Notes: generated from the letters alone by a model not told the origin. A stretch of DNA of 64,000 bases from Ginglymostoma cirratum (GCA_024137785.1 JAHRHZ010000032.1:10343106-10407105), one strand, 5' to 3'; shown: positions 52,701 through 63,979, numbered from the stretch's first letter. Program-made: numbers and translations.

Positions 52701-55700
52701 GTGCTTTACTTCAATATGAGCTTGTCAGAGATGCTAAAAATGGTTGGCACCTTTGGAGATGCTTCTTTCCCAGTTTGGGCAGCTGGAGATTCCCTCAAAT
52801 TGCTAGGAATATTGTGTATTTTTTAGGGAAGCTGCCTGCATGGCAACTGCTTGCCGTGATGAAACTAATAGACAACCAGTTTTGTAAGTCATGTCAAGCA
52901 TATGGATAATGTAGCCTACCCAATGAAGCTGACTGACTGACAGTGATCAGTGCCATGATGCTGGGGTGTTGGCCTGAGAGAGGACACCAAAATTGGAGTG
53001 TCTAGTGTGTCACTGGGTTGACAGAATTTTGAGGAGGAATCACTGGTGACATTTCTCAAGGTATTTGAGGTGTTTGTTGCATGTTGTCCTTATATCCGAG
53101 ACATACAGGAGGGTTCGTAACACTGCTGCCCTGTATACCCTTAAGTTTGTGTCAGGCTGGGATCTTTGTCATCAAGCACTTTACTCTGATCCTCAGTTTG
53201 CCAAAGCCTTGCTGGAACACTCAAGACAATGTTGAATTTCATTGTTGATGTTTGCCCTTGCTGAGAGGCTGCTCAAAATATATGGAAAATTATCCATATT
53301 GTCAGGTAGTTCCATAGATCTTGATAGCCAGGGACTGGTGGCAGTGTTGTGTCGTGGAATTGGGTGGGTAGAGAGCCATTGTCTTTTGGGTGTTTAGCCT
53401 CAGGCCCATTCTTTCAATGGCCGCTATACATGCATTGGCGATAGTTTGAAGCTCAGCCTCTGAGTGTATGCACCTGCACGTGTGGTCTGCATACTGCAGC
53501 TCAGTGACAGAGCTTGGCATTCTTCATTCTGGACTGGAGGTGACAGCTTCAATAGTTTACTGCTCATCCTGTAGATTATCTCCACACCAGCAGGAAGTTT
53601 AAAGAATAGGGAGTAGAATGTTGCAGTGAGGAAAATGTTTGCAGTGCTCACTCACTTTTGCTGAAAACCTTTTTCTTTAATGAGCTAATTGTGTCTTATT
53701 ACCTTTATTTCAATGCTGCCATTCTTCCTGCATTTCAGGTCCACCAACAAGTATTTGTATGTCAGGTCTTTCAGATCACTTAAAAAGCTTAAATGAGTTA
53801 GAAAATATTTGAAAACATAAATTGAACAATTTGGAGTGGTTGTACATTGTAAGATATCACAGAAGCTAGAAATCTGACAAAAAAATACCAAAGAATCGTA
53901 AATGCTTAGTAGCTACAGCAGCTTCTGGAGAGAGAAATAGTGTTAATAGAGACATAAAGTTGTACAGCATGGAAACAGACCCTTCAGTCCAACTTGTCCA
54001 TGCCAACCAGCTACACTAAATAAATCTAGTTAATTGCCAGCATTTGACTCATATCCCTCTCAACCCTTCCTATTCATACACCCATCCAGATGCCTTTTAA
54101 ATGTTGTAATTTTACCAACCTCCATCACTTCCTCTGGCAGCTCATTCCATACATGCAGCATCGTCTGTGTGAAAAAGTTGCCCCTTATGTCCCCTTTAAA
54201 TCTTGCCCTTCTCATCTTAAACCTATGCCCTCTTGTTTTAGACTTCTCTACCCGGAGGAAAAGACCTTGTCTATTTAACCTATCCATGCCCCTCATGATT
54301 TTATAAACCTCTAGAAGATCATCCCTCAGCCTCCAACACTTCAGGGAAAATAGCCCCAGCCTATTCAGCCTCTCCCAATAGCCCAAGCCCTCCAACCCTG
54401 GCAACGTCCTTGTAAATCTTTTCTGAACCCTTTCAAATTTAACAACATCCTTCCTACAGCAGGGAGACCAAAATTGCATGCAGTACTCCAAAAGTGGCCT
54501 AACCAATGTCCTGTACAGCTGCAACATGACCTCCCAACTCCTTACTCAATGCACTGAGCAATAAAGGCAAGCGTGCCAAACGCCTTCTTCACTATCCCGT
54601 CTACCTGGGACTCCATTTTCAAGGAACTATGAACCTGCATTCCAAGGTCTCTTTGTTCAGCAACACTCCCCGGGATCTTACCATTAATCATATAAGTCCT
54701 GCCCTGATTTGCCTTTCCAAAATGCAGCACCTCACATTTATCTAAATTAAACTCCATCTGCCACTCCTTTGCCCATTGACCTATCTGATCAAATCCCATT
54801 GTACTCTGAGGTACCCTAATTCCCTGTCTGCTACACCTCCAATTTTGGTGTCATTTGCAAACTTACTAACCATACCTCCTATGTTCACTTCAAACCATTT
54901 ATATAAGTGAGAAAAAGCAGTGGACCCAGCACCAATCCTTGTGGCACACTGCTGGTCACAGGCCTCCAGTATGAAAAGCAACCCTCCACCACCACCCTCT
55001 GACTTCTACCTTTTGACCCAGTTCTGTATCCAGATGGCTAGTTGTCCCTGTATTCCACGTGATCTAACCTTGCTAATCAGTCTACTATGAGGAATCTTGT
55101 TGAATGCCTTACCGAAGTCTATATGGATCATGTCCACGGCTCTGCCGTTATCAATTCTCTTCATTACTATTTGAAAAAACTCAATCAAATTAGTGAGACA
55201 TGATTTCCCTTGCACAAAGACATGTTGACTATCCCTAATCAGGCCTTGCCTTTCCAAATACGTGTAAATCCTGTGCCTCAGGATTGCCTCCAACAACTTG
55301 CCCACCACTGATGTCAGGGTCACCAGTTTATAGTTCCCTGGCTTTTCTTTACCACCTTTCTTAAATAATGGCACCATGTTAGCCAACCTCCAGTCTTGCG
55401 CCATCTTACCCTGGCTATTGATAATATAAATATTTGTTGCGTTGTCCAACTGACTGCTCCAATTCACACATTTTCTTATGGGTGTAGTTTGTTCATTAGC
55501 GGCTTGCTCAGGAAGCACATGCTTTTTTTAACTTATTAGAAGAGATTAGTAGCTGTTATTCCCCTTGGTCACTGGTGTTAAACATATCTGCTAATTACAT
55601 CATTCATATAGTTAAACATTATTAACGCGATCGTTACAACATTTCACAAACTGCTCAGAATCGATTTGTATGGATTTTGTTTTGGGTTGAACCATTAGTC

Positions 55701-58700
55701 CATTAAAACAGTACTTGTTGTAAAGTTAAGTTGGGAACAATTTTATAGAATCATAGAGGATGCAAACTAAATTCTTTCCTTTTTTTTCTTTCCTAGGAAG
55801 TAGTACTGTATTGTTTGGAAAACAAGGTTTGCGATGTAAATCATCGCGACAATGCCGGTTATTGTGCTTTGCATGAAGCCTGTGCCAGAGGATGGCTCAG
55901 CATTGTTTGTCACCTTCTTGAACATGGAGCTGATGTTAACTGCAGTGCTCAGGATGGAACAAGGTATTTATTTCATTGGGTTATTGAAGTCACCTCATTA
56001 AATTGTTCTAGATTCCTTGTGTTAAACATCTAGTAATGTAACTAAGTTATATGATAATTAGTCAAAATAGTGCACAGAAGTGCTCAATTCAAATTTTAAT
56101 TTAACTCTTCAATTAACTTTTTAACCCAAGCAACTGAAATGTATGCTTTTTCACTATAGTGAGTTCTGTAGGTTCATAGAATCCCTGCAGTGTAGCAGCA
56201 CGCCTTTGGAATCATCGAGTCCACACCAACCCTCCAAAGAGCATCTCACCCAGACTCAACTCCCTATCCTATCCCTATTTTTCCCATGGCTAATTCACAT
56301 TGGCTGCACATCCCTGGACACTGGGCAATTTACCATGGCCAATCCACCTCACTTGCACGTCTTTGGGCTGCGGGAGGAAACTGGAGCGCCCAGAGGAAAC
56401 CCACGCAGACACAGGGAGAATGTGCAAAGTCTACGCATACACATTTGCCCAAGGGTGGAATTGATCCTGGGTCCATGGCACTGTGAGGAAGCGGTGCTAA
56501 CCACTGAGCCACTGAGCTGCTGTTTGATAAAGCTGAAATTAATCTAGACAATTTAAATGAGTTCTTTTAAGTAAACAATGACTGATTAAATCTAATGAAA
56601 GAAAATTTGGTAGCATCATTTCTTATGCTATTTGTTTTTTGCCTTCCAAATTCACTTTTGGTGAATTTTGTTTTGTTTACCAAATTACAGTAGTGAGAGC
56701 AAGGCATAAATCAAAGACTCCATTGCAAGCAATAAGCTTCAACATCAAGTACCTCAACAAATGTATTGCTTGTAATTACAATTAACAATACAAATTGGGC
56801 ACTTCTCCATATTCCGTGCTTCCATGCTCTGTCAGAGCAATTGTACCGATCTGCATCCTTAATTCTCCAACATACATGATCACTGAGAGCAGCTCATGGC
56901 TGAACACTCCGTATTGCTGAGTTTATGTATGTGTACACACAATGGAATATTGGCAGTCTATTCAACCATCAGTACAAAACAGAAACCAATCCTATACGCA
57001 TGTGAAATTCCAGTAGAATAAACTTCATCAGCCAGTCTCATGCCAATTTCCTATTCATTGATTCCTCCTGAAAAAGTACATAGTTATCAAGGAGATTTTT
57101 CTTGTAATTAAATGGTCTTTCAAAATACCCTGTCTATTTACATTTGTTTGTATAAATAAGATTTGCATTTGTACAATAGTTTACTATCACATTAAGTTTG
57201 AAGTTTTGCTTTTATTAAAGGCCTATTCATGATGCCGTAGAAAATGATCATTTGGAAGTGGTTCGGCTGTTGCTTTCATACAGTGCAGATCCAACCCTGG
57301 CCACTTACTCAGGTCGTACTATTCTGAAAATGGCACATAGTGAAGTGATGGAAATGTTTCTCGCAGGTATGGCGAAATTTGAATTGCTAAACATTTCAGT
57401 TGACTTCAGTGAGGGACATTTTTCAGTTGTGAAATTGCCTTTGATGTAAGTTTTGTAGGACAATGATGAAATTTCTTAAGTCATTTGATGTAGTCAATTA
57501 TCACAAATGTTATACATTCGATTTTTAATGAAACCCAAGGTGATTTGGATAATGCATGGTGAGATTTAATATGAATAGAAATGATTGTCTCCGTATTTGG
57601 AGTCTGACAAAACATTATGGATATATGTGTTCAATAACATTAACATGCAAAGTCTGTAAATTTAAGTTTTATTTGCTTGATTAAGTGTTCAAGAATCACT
57701 CCAGGATTTGAGCAACTGTTTTGGCATGATTCACGTTTCTGCATTACAAGAAATGCTTTTGAAATATTAAAATGTGACTTTACCTGTCTGTTCAGGATGC
57801 CAAAAAGTAGTCAATTCACTCTTGAAAAAGAATAGCAAATAAAAATCCAAAACCGACCCTTGCTAGATAAATCAACTAGTCATTTATATAATTGCATTTT
57901 GTAGGACCTTGTTGTGCTCTTTTACCACATTTTTCTATACAGGACATTACAAAAGTAATTAATTAGCAGTTGAATATTTTGGTTTACATTATCCTGAAAG
58001 TGCTACATAAACTCTTACAGTGAATTAACTCAGTTATTACTTAGGACATTGTCAATCTCTGTTGAATCCAATAACGGATGTCAGTCTTGTAAAATCTGAT
58101 ATTGCAGTTGCAGCACAATGGCATTAGAAGCACTGATGCTCAGACACCATATGCCAGTAGTACAAGCAGCACATCTTAGCAGATAATAAAGGGTCAACTG
58201 TTTAGCATTGTAGCACAGGACTGCTTGTACATTGACCCCAATGTTCTTGGTGATGCAGGTGACGAGTGCTCATAGAAAGTTCTAGACAATAGCAGGGGTG
58301 GTTCAGGTGGCTAAGATAGAGAGATTCTGTCCATATAATGAAGGCTTACTACATATTGATGGAGTGAACTCTGTTCTTCTCTGAAAGGGAAGTGCATTGG
58401 AGGTAGAGCTGTGCAATATTTCATGTGATCCATCAATAGGCAGGGCTGTTAAATTTTGGATGTTGAAAGAGTCTATGGAGATGTATACTTGTCTCCTATA
58501 AGAGGTTTTCCTCCTGCGGAGTATTAGATTCATTATGTAATGTGGATAAAGTAGCCTTCTGTGACCTGCATGATGTACCTGTGCACTATAACTTGGGAGA
58601 TTTTGAACCCACTTGTTAGTAGGAAGAATCCAGTGACATACCAGCTCAGGCAGCTGTTGCTTTGATACAGAGTGGCATAGCCATCCCTATCCAATAATTC

Positions 58701-61700
58701 TTTCCAAGTTAGTTATAAAAGTATGAACAGATTTGTTATTTTCTCCTTAAGGATTAATATTCTTCACTTAAAGCAGTTTCCAAACTGGCCTGAAATAATT
58801 GCCTGACCCTTTACAGATGGGAGGCAGCATAAACCTGGGCTATAGGAAGTGTCAAAGATACAGGAAAATCTGCCTGGTATTCTTTTCTCTGAACCTCCTT
58901 TTCTTCTTCAAAACATTGTAAATATGGAGGCCTGTATATCTCCAGGGAAATGAGCAGATTCACCAGATGTCTGAAACTTTTAAGAAGTTGTCTCTAGATT
59001 GTTCCTGTGCCCTGAAGCAGTTAAATGTATTATACTCAATACACAGGTGTGTGTGTAATGTATAAACTCTCATTTGGAACTAATCTGTAAATGCTATGAT
59101 GCAGATCAATTTAATTTAAATGATGAATTGAATTGAAATTATTTCTGAGGGGTCCAATTCAATAAGAATGAGATGTAGATTTTAAAACTGAACTTCAATT
59201 ATTGCACAGACCTTGTTGTATTTCAGCTCGAAATAAATGCATGATTAGCAGAGATTTTAAATTCACAATGATTTTACCAGAAGGGATGCTTTAATGGACA
59301 GGTCCTCGGGCATTCAAGTGAAAAACACAATCTGTATCTCATTTTAAAAACTCACCATCAGGTTAGGTACTAAAACCTGATGATACTTCATTTCTTCTCA
59401 GCTCCTTCCACCCTTTCCCTCCCACTGCTTCACTAAAAGTAATTTGTGGCATAGGCTGTTGAGAGCTGTAAGTAAAGAAACAAGCAGCCTCAGAAATGTC
59501 ACAAAAATGGTCTGTTACTTTCTGGGTACTTATGTTTTACATTTGACTGTACAAAAATGACAGACAGGAAAAGTTCAAGTGATCCATCGAGCCACACAAT
59601 GGATGAGACATCATACATAATGAAACAGACCCTCCCTAACCCCTATTCAAAGCAATGTAATTGCCTGGAGGAAGCGAATAACTCGAGTTTAAAAAAAAGT
59701 GCCAGTCTGGGTTGGGGATTGCGTGGACTGGGTGGAATCAGAGACATAATGGACATTTTAATAACTGGTCCAATACCCTGATACGTCTATTTTTATAAAT
59801 TTGGCCTTGTATTGTTATTGGAATAACCTTTGCAATCTCAAACTGCACAGTTGGGATACTTACTATTTCACTGCCATATTTTAACATTTTTATGTATTGT
59901 GTGACTAAATCACAATGAGCAGAATACTCCGCCTTCAGTGTTTTGACCATTTTATATGTTTTTGCCCCACCCCCAGAGTACTTTGCTGATTTGCAAGGTC
60001 GAAGCAATGATGACCCTGGCTTGTACTGGGATTTCTATGGCAGCTCTGTGTGTGGTAAGTGATACCCATGTGCAGACTCCTACATGGGAAAGGAATAGTG
60101 TAATTGCAGCAGTAAACTGTTGAATTCCAAAGACAAACTTGACAGTTCTGTATTAATAAAGCTGTGATGAATTAATCTAACTATACAGTTAAAGGAGCTT
60201 TGTTCCACATTAACAAATTTGCCTCTGTATAGTCCAGTTTACTGGGTCTTATTTTAATTGGCATTGTTTTTGTGACTCTGACATTTATTTAAAGGAAACT
60301 GTTTTCCAAAAGTAGAATGTCTCTAATTTATCGGATTACTAAGGTTAAATTTAGACTACTAGTTAAAAGTTGTTATTTCATTTAGAAAGTCTAATTTTGA
60401 AACCCAGCTTAATATGTCTGAAGAACACATTTTCTGATATCTGAGACACTACTTCAGAAGGTAAGGGAAAAACTCCACACCAAATGCACCTCCTAGCAAA
60501 GATTAGAGACTATTTTGCTGTATAGCTAAAGAATACATTTTGAATACAATTTGAGAGGACAGGTGGAGAGGTGGAAGGAAGAATTACAAAAACTGTTCTA
60601 AATAACCATTCTATTCACAAACATCAACCAGTATATAAATTTACAAAAGGTGCGAAGTTGGGTTCCACAGATGCTGGAACTGCTGATGTTCGCTAATTAT
60701 ATAAAAGTTGGACTTGACATACCATATCAAAATTTGTGTGTGAAATTAGTCTTACTGCTGAGGATGGCAACAAAATATAAGACGACTTTGGCCGTGCTGG
60801 TGTGGGATTTTTGATGGTGAATTGTAAACATTTGGCATAAAACCCTCTTAGTGTGCTTGCAACTTCAAAATTTAGCACAAGCACCGATTAAAAAAGATAT
60901 TCTGACTTTGCAGACACTCGTTCACTGTTTCACCATAAACTGTGCAGTGGACCACCCTCACAGTACCAGCACCCAGTGAAGTTATTGAACCTGGAAACTA
61001 CCCAATTTTTTTTCTTTCGCATATTGTTATTTTAAAACCCCATTAAAATGTTGAGCCTTTACAATGAGGTGTAGGTGAGTTTTTAACAACAATCTGAGTA
61101 ATAACGACTGCTGAGCATCAGATATGGCTCTAAATAATTAATTTTATATTTGTCTCCACTATAATCCCTTCCTAACAGCATTGTAGGTGTACCTACCCTC
61201 CATGGAGTACAATGCCTTAAAAGGGCAACTCACCATCATCTACCTAAGGACAGCAAATGCTGGTTTAACTGGAGGTGCCACATCCCCTGAACAAATAAAA
61301 AATAATAATATTTTTACTGATGAATTTTGCTTTAAAATTTGTTATTTTTCAGTTTCTACCTAACCCTAAAGATTGATTCTCATTTTTATTTTGCACTCTG
61401 TAAAAACTTTAAAAATTGGTTTGATTATTACTGCTTTTTATTTCCTGGTTAGCTGTCTGGGAGGAATCTTTAATGTGATTGACTGCTTGTGTTTCACACA
61501 AAAAAGATTAGATCTCTCATTGAGACTTTATTCCAAGGCAATAATGAGTTGACCATGCTTTGCAGCTGTCGGCTGAATCCAGCCCATTAATAAACTTGCA
61601 AAATGAGTGTGTGCACTGCAGTGTAATCTGAATATAGAAAGTCTGAGATGGCATATTTTAATGAGGAAAGTAAGAAGCTATATACTCCTTGGAAATAAAT

Positions 61701-63979
61701 GTCTAACTGGGAGAGTTGGCTGATTTCTCAACTGTCTTTGCCTCTGATTTCCCTGGCATGCCCGCCTGCATTCATCTTTGAATCAGGTTGGTTCTCTGGC
61801 TTGATGATAATGCCAGAGTGGAGAATATGCTGGACCATCAGGTTACGAATTATGTTGAATACAATTCCACTACCGCTGATGGTCCTCAGCATTTCGTGTC
61901 CACACAGTCATGAATTGCTAGATCTGTTCAAAGTCTGTCCCATTTAGCACAGTGAAATTGCCACGTAACAGATTAGAGGATATCCTTGATGTGAAAGCAG
62001 GACTTTGTCTTTAAAAGGTGAGGGACCTAGGGGTGCAGGTACATTATTCTTTGAAGTTTGTGTCACATGTAGACAGGGTGGTTAAAAAGGTGTTTGTTGC
62101 TCAGTCCTTTGCATACAGGAGTTGGGAAGTTATGTTGAGGTTGTACAGGACAGGGATGAGGCCTCTCTGGAATACCGTGTGCAGTTCTGGTTGCCCAGTT
62201 ATTGGAAGGATATTGTCAAGCTGGAGAGGGTTCAAAAGAGATTTACCAGGATGATGCCAGGTATGCAAGGTTTGAGTTATAAAGAAAGGCTGGAAAGTCT
62301 GCGACTTTTTTCACTGGAGCATAGGATGTTGAGAGGTGACCTGATAGTAGTTTATAAAATAATAAGAGGTATCGATAGAGTTAATGGTAGTTGTCTTTTC
62401 CCTAGGATTGGGGATTTAAGGCTAAGGGGCATGTTTTATGGTGAGAGGAGATAGATTTAAAAATACGTGAGAGGCAAATTTTGTACACAGGCGGTGGTAC
62501 ACGTGTGGAATCAACTTCCTGAGGAAGTGGTTGATGTAGGTACAATTACAATCTTTAAAAGATATTTGGATAGATACATGCGTAGGAAAGGTTTGGAGGG
62601 ATATGGGCCAGGAGCAGACAGGTGGGACTAGTTTAGTGTGGAATTATGTTTGACATGGACTGGTTGGATTGAAGAGCCTGTTTCTGTGCTGTATGACGCT
62701 ATGACTCTATGGCTGTGTGGTGGCCGCTCCTAACGATATCCTTATGGACAGATGCATCTGTTAGATGTAGGTGGTGATGTTAATCCAGACTATGCTAAGT
62801 TATTTGATTGCCCCTAGAAGGTGGAAGCAGTGTTGAAAATGGCATTAACCTGCCTGACTCTGTTCCCTTCCCACACAGCAATTCCCTAGGAAGGTTACAG
62901 AAATCCTAATTGTGATTCTTTCTATGGTCAACCATTTGATTGACTTGATATGAAAATATCCACTTAGGCTAATTACTGAATGATAGCTATTTCTAATGGA
63001 ACAGTGCACTGGTTTGAACCATTGCCTTCAGGATAGGATGAGATCAAATCTGAAATAAAAATATGTAATTAAATATTATAGTGGAACAGTTTATCAGTTT
63101 TAAAGGAACTCTCTTGACCTCTGAGTCTCACTAGAATTTGATCAACTTCCAAGCATTTCGTGGTGGCAGAGAATACATTCTAGTTTGAGAAGTTCATTCG
63201 GCTGAAAGATATGTGGGAATCTTGCATTTAGGAGCGAGAGAATTTTCATAGCCACACACAATATTTCATATTTCATTAGTGCCTCATGTCTGGAAAGCTT
63301 AACTTGAGTGGAAACAACCTGCTTGAGCTGAGACAGCATTGTTGCTGTTTTGGGTAGAGGATATCAATCAACTTAAAGACAACAGCATCTTATCAACCAC
63401 TTTTTGCATGGAGCAACCAGAAGCTGGTAGAGGACTGGTAAAACTTATCCCATTTATTGCAATGAGCTTGAATGTTAACTAGGTTTTGGAATTTGAAACT
63501 GGAAGCCCAGACATCTGATGAGAGTATCTTCTCCCCAGCTGGTGGGATTTTAAGAACTATTCTATTTATATTGTTTAATATGCTCTGTGAATGCCAGAAA
63601 AGATGTTTCAATTAGGATTATTTATTTGATTTATTATCTTAAACTTATTTAATATCTTAAAGCCCCTTCTGAGTATGGCAGCAAACATTTTAAATAGCAT
63701 GCTGTGTGTTTGAGATGTATTCTCTTCTGGTGCTGATCTAAGGTATAAGCTTTTGCATCATACTTTGATAGCTACAAAGAAATTCTTTATTCTCTCCTGT
63801 TAGTTAACTTTGTTGGCTTTTATGATTCCAGAATCAGTAGAAGAGTCTGGCTTTGATGTCTTGGCTAATCCACCAGGCCCCAGTGATGAAGAAGAGGAGT
63901 ATGATGATGTGTTGGAATTTGAGTTTTCTGACACACCTCTTTTACCTTGTTACAACATTCAGGTCTCTCTCTCTCAGGG
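7630..63979 (+). CDS. BCOR: BCL6 corepressor (BCOR), spliced gene, 3'-partial; join(7630-7715,11358-11448,15102-17972,19235-19291,19661-19838,32718-33074,34839-35201,41468-41802,50187-50459,55797-55963,57221-57366,59977-60054,63832-63979)
   Basis: Exon translations match recalled BCOR sequence: [83 protein letters not shown], ankyrin repeats, [17 protein letters not shown]. All intron phases are mutually compatible (total 5150 nt). The N-terminus is BCOR-type, not BCORL1-type. Confidence 0.97.
10405..10580 (-). mobile_element. tRNA-derived SINE remnant
   Basis: Reverse strand reads GTGTTCAATTCCCAC (B-box-like) followed by GAGATTACCATGAAGGACCCTCCTTCTCAACC; family not identified. Confidence 0.45.
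11358..11448 (+). CDS. BCOR: BCOR exon 3 equivalent
   Basis: tttgtttcacagcag|G AAA GTC... = [30 protein letters not shown]|gtaagc, similar to human [26 protein letters not shown]. Phase 2 in, phase 0 out. Alternative start at 11355 (NAGNAG). Confidence 0.88.
11605..11861 (+). mobile_element. CR1/HER1-type LINE 3' end fragment
   Basis: [18 protein letters not shown] coding remnant plus 3'UTR GGGCTGAAGGGTCTGTTTCCGTGCTGTATGAC; similar to the copies at 54 kb and 62 kb. Confidence 0.85.
12820..13700 (+). mobile_element. Old CR1 LINE ORF2 remnant
   Basis: [12 protein letters not shown] at ~12841, WADTWQM, LEYFVQF-like blocks; multiple frameshifts. Confidence 0.7.
13981..14175. mobile_element. Palindromic Penelope-like insertion with 13-bp target-site duplication
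   Basis: Arms 13981-14050 and 14073-14142 are reverse complements at 66/70 positions; CTTGGTCTGTGAA repeated at 13968-13980 and 14176-14188; similar to the end of the Penelope element at 26.84-26.96 kb. Confidence 0.85.
14694..15047 (+). mobile_element. HE1-type tRNA-derived SINE (elasmobranch V-SINE)
   Basis: A box TGGCTCAGTGG, B box GGTTCAATTCC, V-domain-like TGTGTGGAGTTTGC...CCTCCGGGTGCTCTGGTTTCCTCCCA, CR1-like tail GATTCTATG. Confidence 0.9.
15102..17972 (+). CDS. BCOR: BCOR large exon 4 (957 codons) with PLDLS motif and BCL6-binding-domain-like segment
   Basis: Acceptor ttctgtctag|GTG GAT GCA; donor CTA CAG|gtgagt. Matches the 960-aa ORF, whose first GTG is Val and whose final VSC is intron read-through. 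Confidence 0.97.
19235..19291 (+). CDS. BCOR: BCOR exon 5 equivalent (57 nt, symmetric phase 0)
   Basis: atag|[19 protein letters not shown]|gtcagt; human MEGLQEDSILCLPAAYCE. Confidence 0.95.
19661..19838 (+). CDS. BCOR: BCOR exon 6 equivalent, GC donor
   Basis: ttttag|[16 protein letters not shown]...VENFE-G|gcaagt. The start is secure. The end is inferred from the phase 1 needed by the next exon and the in-frame TGA just after it. Confidence 0.85.
20100..21600 (-). mobile_element. Decayed LINE (3' part, minus strand) interrupted by a CR1 fragment
   Basis: Minus-strand remnant [25 protein letters not shown]; 3' tail shared with the plus-strand copy at 45.87-46.66 kb; split at about 20448/20911. 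Confidence 0.7.
20450..20910 (+). mobile_element. CR1 LINE 3' fragment (nested)
   Basis: [30 protein letters not shown] blocks; tail CTATGTTTCTGTGATTCT. Confidence 0.8.
23993..24293 (-). mobile_element. HE1-type SINE
   Basis: Reverse-complement similarity to 14694-15047 (GGAGGAAACCGGAGCACCC, GGAATCGAACCC, GCAGTGCTAAC). Confidence 0.9.
24725..25613 (+). mobile_element. CR1/HER1 LINE ORF2 3' fragment
   Basis: DIDQL...[33 protein letters not shown]; tail TATGACTATGAC. Confidence 0.85.
26830..28520. mobile_element. Penelope-like element in inverted arrangement (minus copy ~26830-27597, plus copy ~27600-28520)
   Basis: GIY-YIG endonuclease remnant [15 protein letters not shown]...C...[19 protein letters not shown] on +; the equivalent region and [18 protein letters not shown] occur on the minus strand; [15 protein letters not shown] linker. 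Confidence 0.9.
29576..29720. mobile_element. Short palindromic insertion (probably a second Penelope-like family) with target-site duplication
   Basis: Inverted arms 29583-29613 / 29635-29667; ACAATAACTGT (29565-29575) vs ACAGTAACTGT (29721-29731). Confidence 0.65.
30550..30755. mobile_element. Palindromic Penelope-like terminal fragment with hammerhead-like motif
   Basis: GAAATTGCTGGAGAAACTCAGCCGGTCTGGCAG pairs with CTGCTAGACCTGCTGAGTTTCTCCAGTGATTTC; the centre has GAGT-CTGAAGAAGG...TTGAAACATT-AACTC. Confidence 0.7.
31195..31860 (+). mobile_element. L2-type LINE remnant
   Basis: [12 protein letters not shown] and GVPKGSIL (RT motifs), then an L2-like 3'UTR. Confidence 0.6.
32105..32452 (-). 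mobile_element. tRNA-derived SINE, same family as 46064-46400
   Basis: CATTGCTGTGGGTTTGGAGTCACATGTAGACCAGAC...TTCCCTAAAGGATATTAGTG is the near reverse complement of 46250-46326. Confidence 0.8.
32718..33074 (+). CDS. BCOR: BCOR exon 7 equivalent (divergent, ends in basic KRKRR NLS-like patch)
   Basis: tattttactacag|AT GAT CTA...LVEKY...[12 protein letters not shown]|gtaaga; human has PVEKY and KAKRRRVSK. Phase 1-1. Confidence 0.85.
34839..35201 (+). CDS. BCOR: BCOR exon 8 equivalent containing AF9/ENL-binding LKVCIEL motif
   Basis: ttttcacagtag|AT GAA TGG = DEWTEKEM...[32 protein letters not shown]...NDIEK-G|gtacac. Alternative starts at 34836 and 34941. Confidence 0.92.
35850..36600 (-). 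mobile_element. Old Penelope-like element remnant
   Basis: Minus-strand [19 protein letters not shown] resembles [19 protein letters not shown] of the 27.7 kb element. Confidence 0.65.
37310..39400. mobile_element. Cluster of strongly decayed CR1 fragments (plus ~37310-37750, minus ~37760-39400)
   Basis: Plus strand: [12 protein letters not shown]. Minus strand: [14 protein letters not shown] and [14 protein letters not shown]-like RT motifs. Confidence 0.6.
38858..38975 (+). mobile_element. 118-bp tRNA-derived SINE-like insertion with 15-bp target-site duplication
   Basis: A-box-like GTTGCAGTGGTAG, B-box GTTCAAGTC; CAAATTGAATCTAAA (38843-38857) / CAAATTGAATGTAAA (38976-38990). Confidence 0.75.
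41468..41802 (+). CDS. BCOR: BCOR exon 9 equivalent
   Basis: tttttag|GT TTA TCT...[14 protein letters not shown]...SSEEK|gtataa; human EKPSGKRLCKTKHL. Confidence 0.92.
41925..42272. mobile_element. Decayed palindromic Penelope-like terminal fragment
   Basis: CTGGAAATAC...GGCAGG...ATCTGT...TTCAGGTCAGTGA mirrored by TCATTGAACTGAA...TCTCCACA...CTGACCTGAGTATTTCTGG. Confidence 0.5.
43985..44388 (-). mobile_element. CR1 LINE 3' fragment
   Basis: AGAAACATAGAAACATAGAA tail repeat (reverse strand TTCTATGT); minus-strand [19 protein letters not shown]. Confidence 0.85.
45440..45720. repeat. Degenerate G-rich tandem-like repeat
   Basis: Recurrent GG(T/G)TGCCAG(G/A)TGGG(T/A)A-like units, e.g. AGGTGCCAGGTGAG, AGGTGCCAGATGGG, TGGCCAGGTGGG. 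Confidence 0.45.
45870..46660 (+). mobile_element. LINE 3' fragment (family of the 20.1-21.6 kb element) interrupted by a SINE
   Basis: DKATRWF...[21 protein letters not shown] remnant; resumes at ~46401 GGAAACACCACAACTGCAAGTTCCCCTCCAAG. Confidence 0.7.
46064..46400 (+). mobile_element. tRNA-derived SINE (nested)
   Basis: A box TGGCCTAGTGG, B box GGTTTGAATCC, LINE-like tail ...GTGAATGAATAAAA. Confidence 0.8.
50187..50459 (+). CDS. BCOR: BCOR exon 10 equivalent (start of ankyrin repeats)
   Basis: ttatttacag|[12 protein letters not shown]...[31 protein letters not shown]|gtaagt. Confidence 0.95.
52505..53640 (-). mobile_element. RTE-clade LINE remnant
   Basis: Minus-strand GVEIIYR and [19 protein letters not shown]...[10 protein letters not shown] (eroded YADD with RTE-type context). 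Confidence 0.7.
53950..55400 (-). mobile_element. CR1/HER1 LINE, 5'-truncated, reverse transcriptase pseudogene
   Basis: [42 protein letters not shown] (FADDTK), [37 protein letters not shown] across several frames. Confidence 0.93.
55797..55963 (+). CDS. BCOR: BCOR exon 11 equivalent (ankyrin repeats)
   Basis: Long polypyrimidine tract, tcctag|[33 protein letters not shown]...SAQDGT-AG|gtattt; 167 nt. Confidence 0.97.
56172..56520 (-). mobile_element. HE1-type SINE
   Basis: Reverse-complement similarity to 14694-15047; ends in GGTGCTAACCACTGAGCCAC. Confidence 0.88.
57221..57366 (+). CDS. BCOR: BCOR exon 12 equivalent (ankyrin repeat)
   Basis: ttttattaaag|[50 protein letters not shown]|gtatgg; 146 nt. 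Confidence 0.96.
59977..60054 (+). CDS. BCOR: BCOR exon 13 equivalent
   Basis: ccccag|[28 protein letters not shown]|gtaagt; 78 nt; human [25 protein letters not shown]. Absent from the ORF track. Confidence 0.95.
62015..62711 (+). mobile_element. CR1/HER1 LINE 3' fragment nested in an older minus-strand LINE remnant (~61700-62780)
   Basis: [37 protein letters not shown]; tail GTATGACGCTATGACTCTATG. Confidence 0.9.
63832..63979 (+). CDS. BCOR: BCOR exon 14 equivalent (linker and start of PUFD domain)
   Basis: ttccag|[52 protein letters not shown]|gtatgt. Confidence 0.95.

Noticed and set aside
54060-55518. Reverse transcriptase ORF cluster as a novel RT system or domesticated gene
   Set aside because: Frameshifted, 5'-truncated CR1 ORF2 with catalytic FADD changed to FAND; an ordinary dead LINE.
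7630-63979. Paralog BCORL1
   Set aside because: The N-terminus and the exon 4, 5 and 6 peptides ([31 protein letters not shown]) match BCOR specifically.
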